A DNA stretch of 64,000 bases from Balanoglossus misakiensis (Eukaryota > Animalia > Hemichordata), in contig CM082595.2 in NCBI GenBank assembly GCA_040954595.2, positions 2,899,943-2,963,942 on the forward strand, written 5' to 3'. Shown piece after piece: positions 36,501-49,800 of the stretch. Below the pieces are notes generated by a model that was given only the letters and a program-made list of their open reading frames with translations, was not told the DNA's origin and ran no database searches. Each line of letters opens with the position of its first letter. Position 1 is the stretch's first letter. The translations under genes and the position numbers were made by a program.

Positions 36501-38427
36501 TAATGTTTGAGATGGCTGTCTGTGCGGAATAGTTCCATCTGTTCTTCGGCTGTGTATGCCTTGGACTGAAAGAGGGAGAAAATTACATTGGAGACATTGT
36601 CATCTTTGCTGATGTCTTCTGTATTCATTGAAATCCCCATAGAAGTTTGAATACCGGTACTCCAATCATGTTCCCTGAAATTATTTCTCAAGTACCCACC
36701 AAGATCTCTCTACTTGTTCAGTAAAGACCCTTACCTGATTTAACGGTGTAAATTTGATATCTTTTGGTGGTTTGGCATCATAGATAAAAGGTCCCTGGAT
36801 GGTGTCTAAATCATGTGTTCCTATGGCAACCAATGAGCGCTTCCTGGAGAGTCAGAGAGTGGACAGGTTCAGTTTACCACAGATAACTTGGTTAACGAGC
36901 ACAATGAAAGGATCTTGAAAAGAAGTTTTTTGTTTTGTTACCTGCAAATGTTGTGGTGAAGCTTATCTTGTAAATCGATGAAACTGTTGTAACTTTCCGA
37001 CGTGAAAGTGATGTTGCGTAAAACGGCTGCAACTGCAAAGGGTCGTACTTGACTTGTCTGCAAAAATGGAAAAAAATATCAAGGTGAAAGACAGAGTAAA
37101 ATGGAACTGAGCCCAACACATGTGTTTAGTTAGATTGTATGTTAGAGACTTGGTAAACCCACTTACTGCTTGCTTGATGATCAGTTGTTGCATATCGCCC
37201 TCCTTTGGTGGAACAGCTTTGTATCTCGGAGCATCAATTCTATTCTTGAAAACTTGCAATCCTCTCACCAGACCCTCCATGCATAGAAGATCATATCTGA
37301 ACATCCAGAGAGACAAAATAATACATGTTTCAAGTTCTAACTTGACAGTGATCAATGGATCTGTGAGTTTCACAAAGCAGAAATGTCACTATCAAATTTC
37401 ACACAAATCTGTAAATACCTGTTAGCAGGAACTTCAATTCTATAGATAATTGCATCAGATGCATCTCCTGCTTTGTCTTCACCTTGTTCTCGTATCAACA
37501 TATTCAATTCTGATGTCTATAGGAAGAAAAATAATATATATAGTCTGGGTAACATCACTTGGGGAGTTTTATCAACTCTAAAATCTTGAAAATACTAGAT
37601 TCTCCATACAATGATTTAATATAACTATAGAGGGATGTATTAAAGGGGTACAGGTGTATGATGGAAATTTTAGCTTTGTGTTATACTTTTCTGTAGTAAA
37701 GGGATACAACCATCCCTAATTTACATATTCTTATATGCCTAAGGGTGTGTCAAATTATCATAAAAAGTATGATGATTGCCTCCATTGAAAGACTTACCAC
37801 TTCATCGAGTTCAAGACCATATTGGAAACAAAGCTCATCAAATTCATCATCGGCTGAAAAATTTAAATGAGACAATATCAGAGTGATCGACTTGTGTATA
37901 ATTTATCCACAAAGAATTATATAATAAACATATCTGATTATTATTTTTTGTTTGTTAAATTAATGTAATAAAAGCCTTTAGTCAGAAATTGGCAAATAAT
38001 TTAATTCAAAACACCTTGGAATATTAAGTAACATACACTCATAATAAGTACATATTTATAATTATGTGAATACCATTCAAATGTGTGTACATACAGTACA
38101 TACAGCATATGATGATATGGAGATGTATATTAATTATTTATTCGTCATTTGATTCGTACACCAAGGGGATCAAAACACGATCGGTCGCAGGTTAGACCTA
38201 ATGATAAAAGGATAAATGAAGAAGAACGACCACAACACTTTTTCGGGGGTGAGATCGTAACAGCATTCACATCACCCTAGGACCCTCCCACCTAAATACA
38301 CGTGTGTGATCTATCCAGTGTTAGCGACACAGCTGTGTATGACAACGGGAGAACCAGTGTCTTACTCACTCATTTTCTGACCAAGGGCTTCAAAAAGCTG
38401 ATCCCTGTTAACTCCGATGGTCGGCAT
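33525..38427 (-). CDS. FARSB: Phenylalanine--tRNA ligase beta subunit
   Basis: Starts [36 protein letters not shown]. Contains [51 protein letters not shown] and [11 protein letters not shown]; ends [28 protein letters not shown]. Multi-exon, GT-AG. Confidence 0.97.
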
Positions 38428-38520
38428 GGTTGGCCTTTTCTGCGATCCTTCCTGTATCCACGCAAAATGCACCAAATTGTCTGCGATCACTTTCTGATGA
38501 AACTGCCGGTAGGTCGGCAA

Positions 38521-38530
38521 ACCGGAAGTG
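38521..38530. promoter_or_regulatory. ETS/GABP-type site (ACCGGAAGTG) upstream of FARSB
   Basis: Consensus CCGGAAGTG about 95 bp upstream of the FARSB ATG; typical of housekeeping promoters. Confidence 0.5.
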
Positions 38531-39502
38531 TTTTCTGTGCGTTCCTACCGTGTCGTTGGCGGCGCTAAACATGCCAAGAGAAGAACCAATATGTTTCGTG
38601 AATTTTACACTTAATTTTTTCATTAATAGGTCTTTTTTTCAGCCTAAAAATGTTCAGCCACTACTGACTTTTGTAATATATTTTGTCAGGAATCGGTCAT
38701 TTGCATCGATGTTTGATTTACACTGAAACAAACACATTTTGCGGGTGTTTCTGGGACCGCTGAATGTGAACCCAGCAAAAAAATCTCTCTGACAAAGATA
38801 TATCTTCACCATATATCGTTTATTGTTTAACCAATGAAAGTACATCACATGATTGTAATATATTTATGAAAATGTGTCATCAGTTATCTTCATATTCAAA
38901 GTCAAAAGAACAAACTTTCAGAAACAAAAATATCTTGTACAATATAAAATGAAAATTCTTAAATCTTGTAAATCAGACTCATTTTGTACTTTATTCAAAT
39001 TGACAGAGAGAGACAGAGACTACTTGCCAATGCATTAAAATAGCAAAGCGTTGCAACTGTACAAAATAGACATCACATACAAAATTTGAAAAAAAAAATG
39101 CCCGAAACACTTAACCTCTGTTATGTTAATATCACCTAGTTACACTATATTTGACTTCGCTTTGTGAAAGACTGAATAAGAACATCATTTTCACATAAAA
39201 ATGATGTTAAATACCCTGTTTACATTTCAGCTTTGAATAAAACTTCAAGGCTACATTATAAAAATATAGCAAGCATTATAAATTTTATATCTGTTATGAA
39301 AAAAAATAATGAGTTTTTTTATTTGCCTCTGAAAAAAGGTGGGAAACCTGACAATACAAATACACATTATCAATATGCAAGTCTTCTGCTCATTGGGTCA
39401 TGACATTAAAATTAGCTAATATTACATATATTCATCCAATCGAATTCGTCATTGCAAAGAGTTGAATATGTCAGCCACATTGTATACACCACGTCATTGA
39501 CA

Positions 39503-41543
39503 TTAATGAGTATATTTCCGGACCAGTTTGAATTTTCCAGTCGGATCTGGAACATAGTACTTCTCCCACATATGACTATACTGTGCCTTTCCTTTCCATG
39601 GCTTGAAGCTGCCATTCCAGTGAAGAAGTTTGGCAGATCTTAAGAAGTCCTCGGAGTATCTACTACCACTTGACCATCCTGGAAAAAATTACAAGTTTAA
39701 AATCTTAAATAACGAACTTGAACTATTGCATTAAACACTATTAATTGCAATGTCCAAACCACATTTTTTCACTGTCATAATCAGAAACACTTCTCGGGGC
39801 TATGACATTTAAATAGGACTCCACCACTAGAAATGGGGGTGATGGCTTACCTAAGTGCTGCACATGCCAGAATGGATCAATGCTTGAATGCTTTCCATAG
39901 AAGGCTATTAACATCGGTGGCTGGGACGCACCACCACCTCTCTGGTTTCCGTAGACATCCGCCCTGAAAGGAAATAGTTCAGTTTGAATGAGAAGTGTGG
40001 TCATAGAACTAGCTCAACCCTTTCACCACCATAGTTCAGTCCAAACCTAACATACGACGAGCCTTACCAAGAACACTGGCCAAGATAGACTTTGCATTGT
40101 GAATAAGTACTTACTCTGTATTCAAACTCATCCAAAATTCCAACTTCTCTGAAATCTTCTCCTCTTTCCACGCCTTCATGTCAGCAACAAACACACCGGC
40201 ATTGAAGGAACATGTTCCCGGATTCATTCCAAGAGCTTTCACTTTATCATTTTGAAAGTTGATATAGTTGGCGTAATTATTCTGTGGACAAAAAATGAAC
40301 ATGCTTATTTTCAAACATCATTGCTTGTGAATATGATTATGCTCTCTGAACTTTGACCTTTATGGTTAAGGGCACAGACCAAACCATTGTGGAATTATTC
40401 ACAAAGACCTACCTGAAACAGGTTGAACCTTTTGGAGAGGGAGCTGCAATCTCTAGAAAATGCAGCGATGTGATTGTCGCTTATTTTTGTGTTATTCAGC
40501 TCTATGATGTCACCTTGCACGATGACATCAGAGTCGAGATACACCAGTCGGCCATTGATGGTGGGAAACAACTTTGGAATATAAAACTTGGCAAAGTTTA
40601 ACTGCAGAAGAAACAAGGAAAGATTAGCAAATTATTTGGTGATAATAATAACAGTAAGTTAAGTACATTAATAATTTTTTGCAATTTATCTAACCTAGTA
40701 TATGCAATAAGCTCCCCTAACTTAAAAGAAAAGTGTGCACATACAGGGCTGGCCAATTCTGGTCTGCCTCCTTTGACCGCAATTTTTCCTTTGACCCAAT
40801 CTTCACTGAAGACAACAACTGTATGATTGATATTCTTGAGATCACTGTGGGTCATCCACGTCTTGAGATGATCTTCGTTGTCTTTATCCACAACCAGAAG
40901 AAATCTGACAGGTCCCTTGGCATTTCTGTATACACTGTTCATAGCAGCTATCATTCCACCTAGCGTGTTGCCGTCAGATGTCAGCATCACGTAGACTGGT
41001 TCGCGTGGGTTTTCTGACCACAGACGAGGTGGCTCTTCTGCAATGGAAATCATGAGTTAATTTGCAAATAGTTCATTTGTTCAGAAAATGAGCCCTGATT
41101 ACTCCTCACACACTATTCCATTACTTGTAAGCCATTGGTACCTGCATCAGAATCGGGTAAGTTTGGGTCAACCGGGATCCAGGGATCAGATTGTATATTT
41201 CATCTACACACTTACCTGGAATCTTTTCATCTTTTTTCACTTGAGTTTGGAAAGCCCCAAAATGATATATGACAAAGTACAGTGTGATGAGTATTACCAC
41301 TGCAGAGGCAACTGCAAAAGGGGGAAATAGTATATGTCAACCAGTGTGTTGAATCAGAATCTGACAGTGCAGTGGTTTGTAAGTGTAAACACAATATTTA
41401 CGCGCTTTTGACCTGGTCCATTGCAACTGTACGTCAGTCTCGGAGAAAATCAATCACTGCAAGGGGCCAGTTAGTCAATTCTAACACAACTGCAACGCAA
41501 TAAAACTTGATCGCTTACCCGTTGTGGGATAAACTCGAACCAT
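39503..41543 (-). CDS. GLT8D1: Glycosyltransferase 8 domain-containing protein 1
   Basis: GT8 motifs LNFAKFYIPKLFP, VYLDSDVIVQGDI (DxD), CSFNAGVFVADM, SQPPMLIAFY, IDPFWHVQHLG and AKLLHWNGSFKPW..WEKYYVPDPTGKF; stop TAA at 39505-39503. Putative start exon ATG at 41543, then a TM-encoding exon near 41215-41333; the start is less sure. Confidence 0.9.
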
Positions 41544-41963
41544 TTCGCAGACCACATCGCACCCAACGCTTTGTTTGGCTGGAATTTCTGTCCACGTCGA
41601 CTGCTGAATATTCCGAGGGTTACCCCAGGTCGTAGGTCACACTAGGTCATCAAAACTTGACTCCTTAACCAACATGACAAAATACAAATTAGCCAAAGTC
41701 TCATGCTCAACGCGTATATCGCAATTTTGATAGATTAAACGTTTCCTTTCTCTTCTTCTCTTTATCCAGAAGTTACCATAATTCATAATTTATTGTCATT
41801 CTTTCAAACTTGTTGATTTTTTATTGTATAGTTAGTTAGGTGGTCTTTTTATTTGCTTTACTTCCGGGTCAAGCACATCCTTACAGGAAAACACGGTGCC
41901 TTCGTTTCACAAAACATATTGTAGTAATTTTCTTTGCTTGGAAGGTCTACCCACCCGTTCATC
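41544..41963. promoter_or_regulatory. Bidirectional promoter region of GLT8D1 and SPCS1
   Basis: The two ATGs diverge about 420 bp apart; ETS-type ACTTCCGG at 41860-41867. Confidence 0.65.
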
Positions 41964-42770
41964 ATGTTCGAGGCGTTCAAATCATTACCGACACACATGG
42001 TGAGTATAGATGATTGCGACTTTTTTGGACCAGAGACGATGGAAACTGTGATGTAACCCGGCCTCCTGTTATTTTAGCATGCTTCAGTTTACTAGAGTGA
42101 CGTGTCTTTACAGTTTACAGTTACATGTATGTTTTCTTTCTACGTTTCAGGACTACAAAGGACAGAAACTGGCAGAACAGTTGTTCCAAGCAATCATACT
42201 AGTTTTTGGTGTAAGTGTCCTTTCTCCAAGTCGAAATTCGCTGGACTTTGCCAGTAATAAAAACTACAGCCTCACACGTTTATATTGTATTGAGAAAGTA
42301 ATGAGTTTGAGCCAGTTGACAACAAACCTTTTTATCATTTTCAGGTTGTAGGTTTTCTATGGGGATATATATGCGAACAGTTTGTCCAGACGATGTATGT
42401 CCTAGGAGCAGGTTTTGTTTTGTCATGTTTGGTAAGTCAACCCTTTCACCACCATGGTTTGCTCCAGTTCTGTTGTTTCGTATGGTAAAGTTGGACCTCT
42501 GCAGAGGGAACTGGGGTGAGAAGGTTAAACTTTGAGTGTGTGTAATCGCATATGTTACTGTAGGTTGTAGGATGGTGCTTGCGATGAATAATGTGATGTA
42601 GTTTGATTTCAACTGGCATGTCTTGTTCATTCCAGTTGACCTTACCTCCATGGCCAATGTACAGAAGAAATCCACTGAGTTGGCAGAAACCGCGTCCGGA
42701 AGAAAGTACAGATGAAGACGGAAAAGATAAAGACAAAAAACAACAGAAAAAGAAGAGTAAAACAAAATAA
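41964..42770 (+). CDS. SPCS1: Signal peptidase complex subunit 1 (SPC12)
   Basis: Exons 41964-41999, 42151-42210, 42345-42431 and 42636-42770 give [45 protein letters not shown]...LTLPPWPMYRRNPLSWQKP...*. Confidence 0.96.
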
Positions 42771-43509
42771 ATATTTTAATTTCCCAGCAAGTATTGTGCC
42801 TGCCTAATGCAATGCCATTGATTGGGGTTCTAGAAATCCAAATGGAAGAATGGAGTTTAACTTCATGTTGTAATAATACAATGAAACAGCAGTATCATAC
42901 CCAGTGCACTCAATGTTGATGCATAGTGTTTGACTATTAATGCTGTGTATCAGAAAAAAACTTGGCCTAACTGTTTTTACACAGGATTTGCATTATTTGA
43001 CTTATAAGATTGTAAATGTCCTGCTTTTTTCCTTCTTATGCCATCAAATAAAAAAGTTAAAAATTAAATTCTTATTGTGTGTCTCTTCTGTTGGTATCTG
43101 AGTGGTAATTGTGCATGAAATATTTTAATTGCATTTCAAATGTCTGGGAGTGAAGGTCAGCGTATTGGCTTGTAGGAAATGAACCATCATTGCTAAAAAA
43201 ATGTTCAAGCCAAGAAAACAATGATAATACGGACAGTTTTAACCACATTATCTGCATAATGACCAAATTAACCGATCGGAAATTGGTCAGCGAATTCACG
43301 TGGAAATGACAATTATCGACCATATTATCACCAATTATTGAACAGTGTATTGGCGTTTAAAAACAAGCCCCGGCAGAATTAGCAGTGATATAAAACGGTG
43401 GCGATTGAGGGTAGGGTCGATTTTTTTCATGCGGCTGTTTAGAGAAGTTTCGTTAAATATTGTGCATGCACTATAAACTGGCCAACTTTACTTTACAAAG
43501 CCCGCAACC

Positions 43510-45593
43510 ATGACAACGTATGGCATGTTTCTTCCCCTGCTTCTAATGTCAAGCCTGCTGTCTCCCAACATCCACGCCACCTCCGATTTTGAGGTTGATG
43601 GTGACATCATGTTACTGGGCGTATTCGAACTGCACACAAGCAGTATCCATGGTTATTGTGACTTGTTGGACATCGATGAGATGTGGAAGGTGGAGAGAAT
43701 GCTCCACAGTATCGACTTGGTCAACCAGAATACAGCCCAACTACCTAACGTGAAATTGGGTATGTATAATGAATAAGATCCAAACATCTGGCATTTGATA
43801 AAAACCACATCTTTGGTCTAATACCACACAGATAAGTTCATAATCGTATATATCAACTTTTCAAATTTATAATCTACATTCTGTGACTTACAGGAGCCAA
43901 GATAATTGATTTGTGTGGGGGTGAGAATTTTACAGCGATTGTAAGCGAAGCTAATCGTCCTAGTAATGAAGATCCTTTGGCGTTTTGTACCAAAAACGAC
44001 ATATTAGGAATTGTTACGTCACTCTCCAGAGATCCTGGCGCTGTATACGACAAGCTGTCTCCCAATGTTCCTTTGGTAAGTAACAGAGGTAGAAAGAGAG
44101 TGGCGGTGGTGGTGGGGGATTATCTTCATGTGGTTTTTGTATCGAAATATCGTTTTCACAGCAACTTTATATAGAAAACTGATGACATGAAACGGGTGCA
44201 TAGTATATACTGTAACGGATCTTCAAAAAAACAATTTTATTCGTTCTACAGATAGGATCTAGTGACGATTGTTATGGCTCACTTGGCACAGACGTAGACT
44301 GTTCGGCGTCAGGGCACGTCCATCATTCGAACTTGGCTGAAGCCATGGTGGCCTTCATGGTTACCTACGGTTGGAATTACGTTTCCATCGTGTCCGAGGA
44401 TAGTTATGAAAGTGTTTCACTGTTACAAGATGTGATGGCAGAGGCTCGGGCGAGAGGAATATGCATTGCAACCATGTTGACAGTACCTCCAAGCAATGCT
44501 GAAGATAATTCACATTATTTTGATCGAGTAGTTGACGACCTGTTGCACAATCCAAACGCGAAAGGTATGTTTTAAGATTTACAAGGTCACGTATGTAATG
44601 CAAGTATGTATGTATCATATCCCTCCTTTAGGACAGGTAATATAGTAAGGAGACAAATTATGGTGTCATTGTAGATAACATTGAAAACTTTAAGTGATTG
44701 CGTTCTCATCTGATATTGCAGGCGTAATAGTAATTCTCGAGGAGGATAACATGATACATTTGATGCAGGCTGCAACAAGGGCTAATGTCAAAGGCAAGTT
44801 TGTCTGGATGGGGGACGAGATGTCTATTGGTAGAATTCAGAACTTTCCTGTAGCCGAGGGTGCTATTGCGTTCCGATCTCGCAGTAAATCCGGGGATGCG
44901 GATTTCAAAGAATACTTGAATGATGCTACGATTTTGAATAACTCGAAAAATCCATGGTTGGCTGAGTTCTTGGGGGACATCACGGGATGTGAAATGGATC
45001 CGGATGATACAGGACTGGCGAAACTTGACATAATATGCACTGGTATGCTTATGCAGCTCTTAGAAAATCACTTCGACCGCACGCACATGATGGAGGATGC
45101 CGTGTTTGATCTCGCGCACGAACTTGATGGCATACTGAAACAACAACACGAGGATGATGTTTTTTCATGTGCAGAAGTGAAGACAAAGATGATGGAACAC
45201 TTTTCTGGTAAGTTTGTGATTGGTTTTGTTTCCCCAATTGCTCGCATCACTAAGTTTTGCAGCATCCGAAAAAATCTGTACTGATAATTTATTTTACACA
45301 CAGGTACGCACCGTCGTGGCGGCCACTTCTTCGTCGGAACGTACCCGACTGATTTCGACATCATGAATTTGCAACGAGTGCAAGGGAATCCGAGTGATTA
45401 TGCATGGACAATAACCGGGGAGTATACACACGGAGAAATTCACCTGTTTGAAAACCACGAAGTGAAGTTCACCGCTGAAGAGCCAGAATTCCCTACGTCA
45501 GTTTGTAGCTTGCCTTGTGAGAAGGGTTTTCGTACTGTCAAAGTACACGAAAACTCCTGCTGTTGGCTGTGTGTGCAGGAACCAAGTAATTGA
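43510..45593 (+). CDS. Secreted metabotropic-glutamate-receptor-like protein (signal peptide, Venus-flytrap domain, partial Cys-rich domain, no 7TM)
   Basis: Exons 43510-43759, 43894-44075, 44252-44564, 44722-45207 and 45304-45593 splice in frame (506 aa). Motifs DGDIMLLGVFELH, INQN-like VNQNTAQLPNVKLG, YGWNYVSIV, GICIA, NSKNPWLAEF and PTSVCSLPCEKG..SCCWLC, then TGA. AATAAA at 45787. Confidence 0.82.
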
Positions 45594-46676
45594 AATACTA
45601 TTCAATTTGGACATATTACATTCATGTTCATTTGGTTTTACATTTCCGCGTGGTATTTATATAGGCCTATGTGGGCAGAGCTTGCTCACTCTTTTCCGAA
45701 CACGTTAAGTCACTTCTTGTGCACAAAGAAGCCTGTAACTGTTTTTAGCATGCAATATTATTTCCAAAGACAGGCTACATTCACTGAATAAATGAAACTC
45801 AATATGCACTATCATTGTTGTTTCTGCTATAACTTGCAGATGATATTTTCTGGTACATTATTAGCGTCATGGATATCAAGTGATTGCTGATCTAAAGAGT
45901 GCTATTAGCCCTTTTCAAAAGTTTGTTTAGTCACTTTTCTGCCCCCCCCCCCTCTATTGACTATGGTGTTTATGCGTATGTAGGCCTTTCTCGGCTAAAG
46001 AAAAATGTAAGCTTTTCTGCTAGAGTATGCGTCAATGCGACATGATGACGAAAACCCTGGAAAACGATCGATGAAAAGTGAAAACAAAACTACATGCATT
46101 ACGACACAACGTGCAATGTATTTCCCTATGACATCATCCCAAAATACGACAGATTGCATTGGGTGAGATACTGTGGTCCCACGCGGCAGGTTTAAGATTT
46201 TTCTACTTAAATGTTCCGAAATCGTCAACTTTATACCAGTATCATTTTACCTCAATACACATGGTATTAAATATGTTTTGTAGATGTCAATTTGGAGAAT
46301 GACTTACACATAATAACTCTTTTTACTTAAAAAATTACGTTCACATTGACCAATGACAACAGTTGTTACTGCTTGAATTCAGAACTAGCGCGCCATCAGC
46401 GGTACTATTTGTGCCACAATGCTTTGCAAACAGTGGGAAATGGCTCTATGTAGAGCAATCCTATTGGTGTATGCTATGTGGTCTCATGTGGCATGAAGCT
46501 AAATATTATGATGTTGTCAACGTTTACTCAAATATAGAAACATTTAGTGTATTATTTGGTCCAAAAGAACCTCTTCTTCCCAATTTCCCCATTATTGGTT
46601 GCAGAGAACGCGACCTTTTTCGCCCGATTTCTTCTCAGTGTGTCAGTCACACTACCCAATCAAAACGACTATGACC

Positions 46677-46780
46677 AAATGGCGGATTTCGTAACCTTTG
46701 ACCCACTTCCGGGTTGAGTTAGCATTCTGCGAAAAGTGGCAGCCGTCTGTTTTCTATAGTTGATTGCTTTACTTCCCGGT
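46677..46780 (+). promoter_or_regulatory. XRN1 proximal promoter motifs (YY1-like AAATGGCGG; ETS-like CACTTCCGG)
   Basis: Motifs at 46677-46685 and 46704-46712, about 170-200 bp before the XRN1 ATG. Confidence 0.45.
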
Positions 46781-46877
46781 ATATGGTAAAACGCGTGTGT
46801 GTAAGATCACATCTAGTCCAGTATATGATTATAACACTTATTGAGAACGGCATTTGAAGTAAATTCCAGCGCTTGCG

Positions 46878-49800
46878 ATGGGTGTCCCGAAGTTCTATCG
46901 ATGGGTGAGCGAAAGGTACCCTTGCCTCAGCGAAGTTGTCCGTGAAAACCAGGTACGTAGCGGTCGTATTGTAACTTTAGCTGCAAGGTCGCTGTATGCG
47001 AGCTGTGTGTCGAAATTTGGTTTAAAAAAAGAGCGGTTTCTACGCCGATTTGATTTCCCCTGTAGACAATATGGTAATTTTTGTCGTATGTTGATGCTTT
47101 GTCATGGCAACGCGTCCAGCACACCTCCATGTAAATGGTACAGCCTGCTGCAGCTTGCAGTCAGGGGAATAGAAATCACAGAAATCAATTTTGAATCTTA
47201 TAGTAGTGGTACTGAAAGTTGCTGTTGCTACTTTCGTTTCGACTGATGTTTATTTTAGGGTCCCAATTTCATTTTTGTTAACTTTTGAAAAGATAAAACT
47301 TTCAAATAGTAAAATAAACATAAAATAACAATATCATGTTCAATGTTATTCATGTATAATGTGCCTTGCAAACAATGTTCAGCCATGGTTTAATGGTAAT
47401 TTCACTCCGGATAACCTGGATGTACAATATTTCCCCCTAACCTAGATCCCGGAATTCGACAACTTATACCTGGACATGAATGGAATCATCCATATCTGTT
47501 CCCATCCAAATGATGACGATCCCCACTTCCGGATCTCAGAAGAGAAAATATTCCAAGATATATTTCATTACATTGAGGTAAGCCATGATTCTCATTTATT
47601 GACCTTTGACATTTCACGTATAGGGGATGCTTGAAATAGATCCTAAAGAAACTTAATTAAAAAAAAATTAAATTAAAGTGAAACTACACTATTTACATCG
47701 TCTGTTGAATAGTTGGAATACAATATAGGCATTCTGAGAATTTCATCATGTTGCTTACCAGTATAGTCCTCAATGAAATGTCACTCACTACTAACTGGTG
47801 AGAATTCTCTGGACACCAGATGCTCAAGAGGTAATATGGTAATGATACAAACAAAACTGTTTTGTCTTTCTACTTTAGGTGCTCTTCCGAATCATCAAAC
47901 CATGTAAAGTTTTCTTCATGGCCGTTGATGGCGTCGCACCCCGTGCCAAGATGAACCAGCAGAGAGGCAGGAGATTCAGGTAGGAATGTATATCATTACA
48001 GAATTTGGTGACTACTATGCATGGCATACTGGTTGGTACCAAAGCATATGTTCCATCAGGTGCTACTTTACCATCAACAACGAAAACTGTACAGTACTGA
48101 CTATATTTTTGAGATCATCAATTTTTTTCTCTCTCCAAAAGATCTGCCCGTTGCGCGGAAGAGCAGGAGAAGAAAGCACTCCAGAAAGGAGAAAAGCTGC
48201 CAACAGAAAAGAGATTTGATTCCAATTGCATCACGCCAGGCACAGAGTTCATGGTCAAGTTGCAAGAACAACTCAAATATTTTGTCAACAAGAAAGTGAC
48301 AGAGGATAAGATGTGGCATGGAGTTCGAGTCTATCTTTCAGGACATGAGGTTAGTTGGTCAGATCTAAATGGAAATGAGCGTGAGAGTGTTAAACGTAAA
48401 AGTTTCTTCTGAAAGTTATGGTCATGTATGCAGACTTAGCTGCAGTATATGAGCAAAAATAACTTTCTAACGTTACATGATCCTCCAAGGCCAACCCTGG
48501 TGGGAAATCTACCTTACTTCCTATCACCAGGAAAATCTTAACTCTATAACAGGTGAAACGAATTTCAAGATTAGCTTTGATAAATTTTACTCTGTTGCAA
48601 TGTCGGTCATTAAACATGTCTTGTGCCATTCCGGTTGGCACTGCATTTCCTTTACAGACGCCGGGCGAGGGCGAACATAAAATCATGGATTTCATCAGAA
48701 CGGAAAAATCTCACCCGGATTACGATCCGAACACCAGGCACTGTCTGTATGGCCTGGATGCTGATTTGGTAAGTCCTTGCTTAACCCTCTCACCCCCAGT
48801 TCCCTCTTTAGAGGTCCAACTTTACCATTGAAAACAATGGGTTTGGACTGAACCATGGTGGTGAAAGGGTTAATATTGTATATCAAATCTTGTGACACTG
48901 TATTTTAGTACTCTCTCTAAGAAATGCCTGGGTTCTGAAGAAAGCTGAATGGATATTTTTAGGGCACATCACTTGACTTTTCAGACAACTTGCTTCCTAA
49001 TTTATCATTTCATACATCTGAGTAACAGGTTGGACAGTCATTTTTCTGTATAATTTTCTCGATAGATGATGCTTGGGTTGACCTCACACGAGCCACACTT
49101 CTCCCTTCTGAGAGAAGAAGTCAGATTTGGTGGAAAGAAATCACAGAAGAGGATTCCCACGCCGGAAGAAACTACTTTTCATTTACTTCATCTTTCACTG
49201 TTCAGAGAATACCTGGATTTTGAATTTCAGGATCTGAAGGTAAGTATGCATAGCGAGGTGTAGTCACCTGGACCAGTATGTGTAGTGTTGTAATGTGTCA
49301 TTTTGCAGCCATTGTAGATTTTACATCGATTTTTTTACCACCGATATTAATTTAAAATGTACTTTGCAAAACTGATATTTTCCTCTTTTTTCACAGAATG
49401 GTAAACTGTCGTTTGAATATGACCTGGAGAGTATCATCGATGACTGGGTTATGATGGGGTTTCTTGTTGGCAATGACTTCATACCTCATCTTCCTGATTT
49501 GCATATTGCCCAGGATGCATTGCCACTTCTGTACAAGACATACATCGAGGTGATGCCAACTCTAGATGGTGAGTCATAGTTTTGAATTTTGTCCTTTTTT
49601 TTAACCCTTTCACCACCATGGTTCAGTCCAGACTGGTTGTTTTCTATGGTAAGATTAGGCCCCCAAAAGTCACTTTAAATAAATCAAATAATTGGCACAT
49701 TCTAGTATACACACAAGATGCAGACTATAATTTCCAGTGGCACATAATAAAGATAGCCATATGTACATATGAAATGCTTGTAATTTTTGGTAAAAATGGT

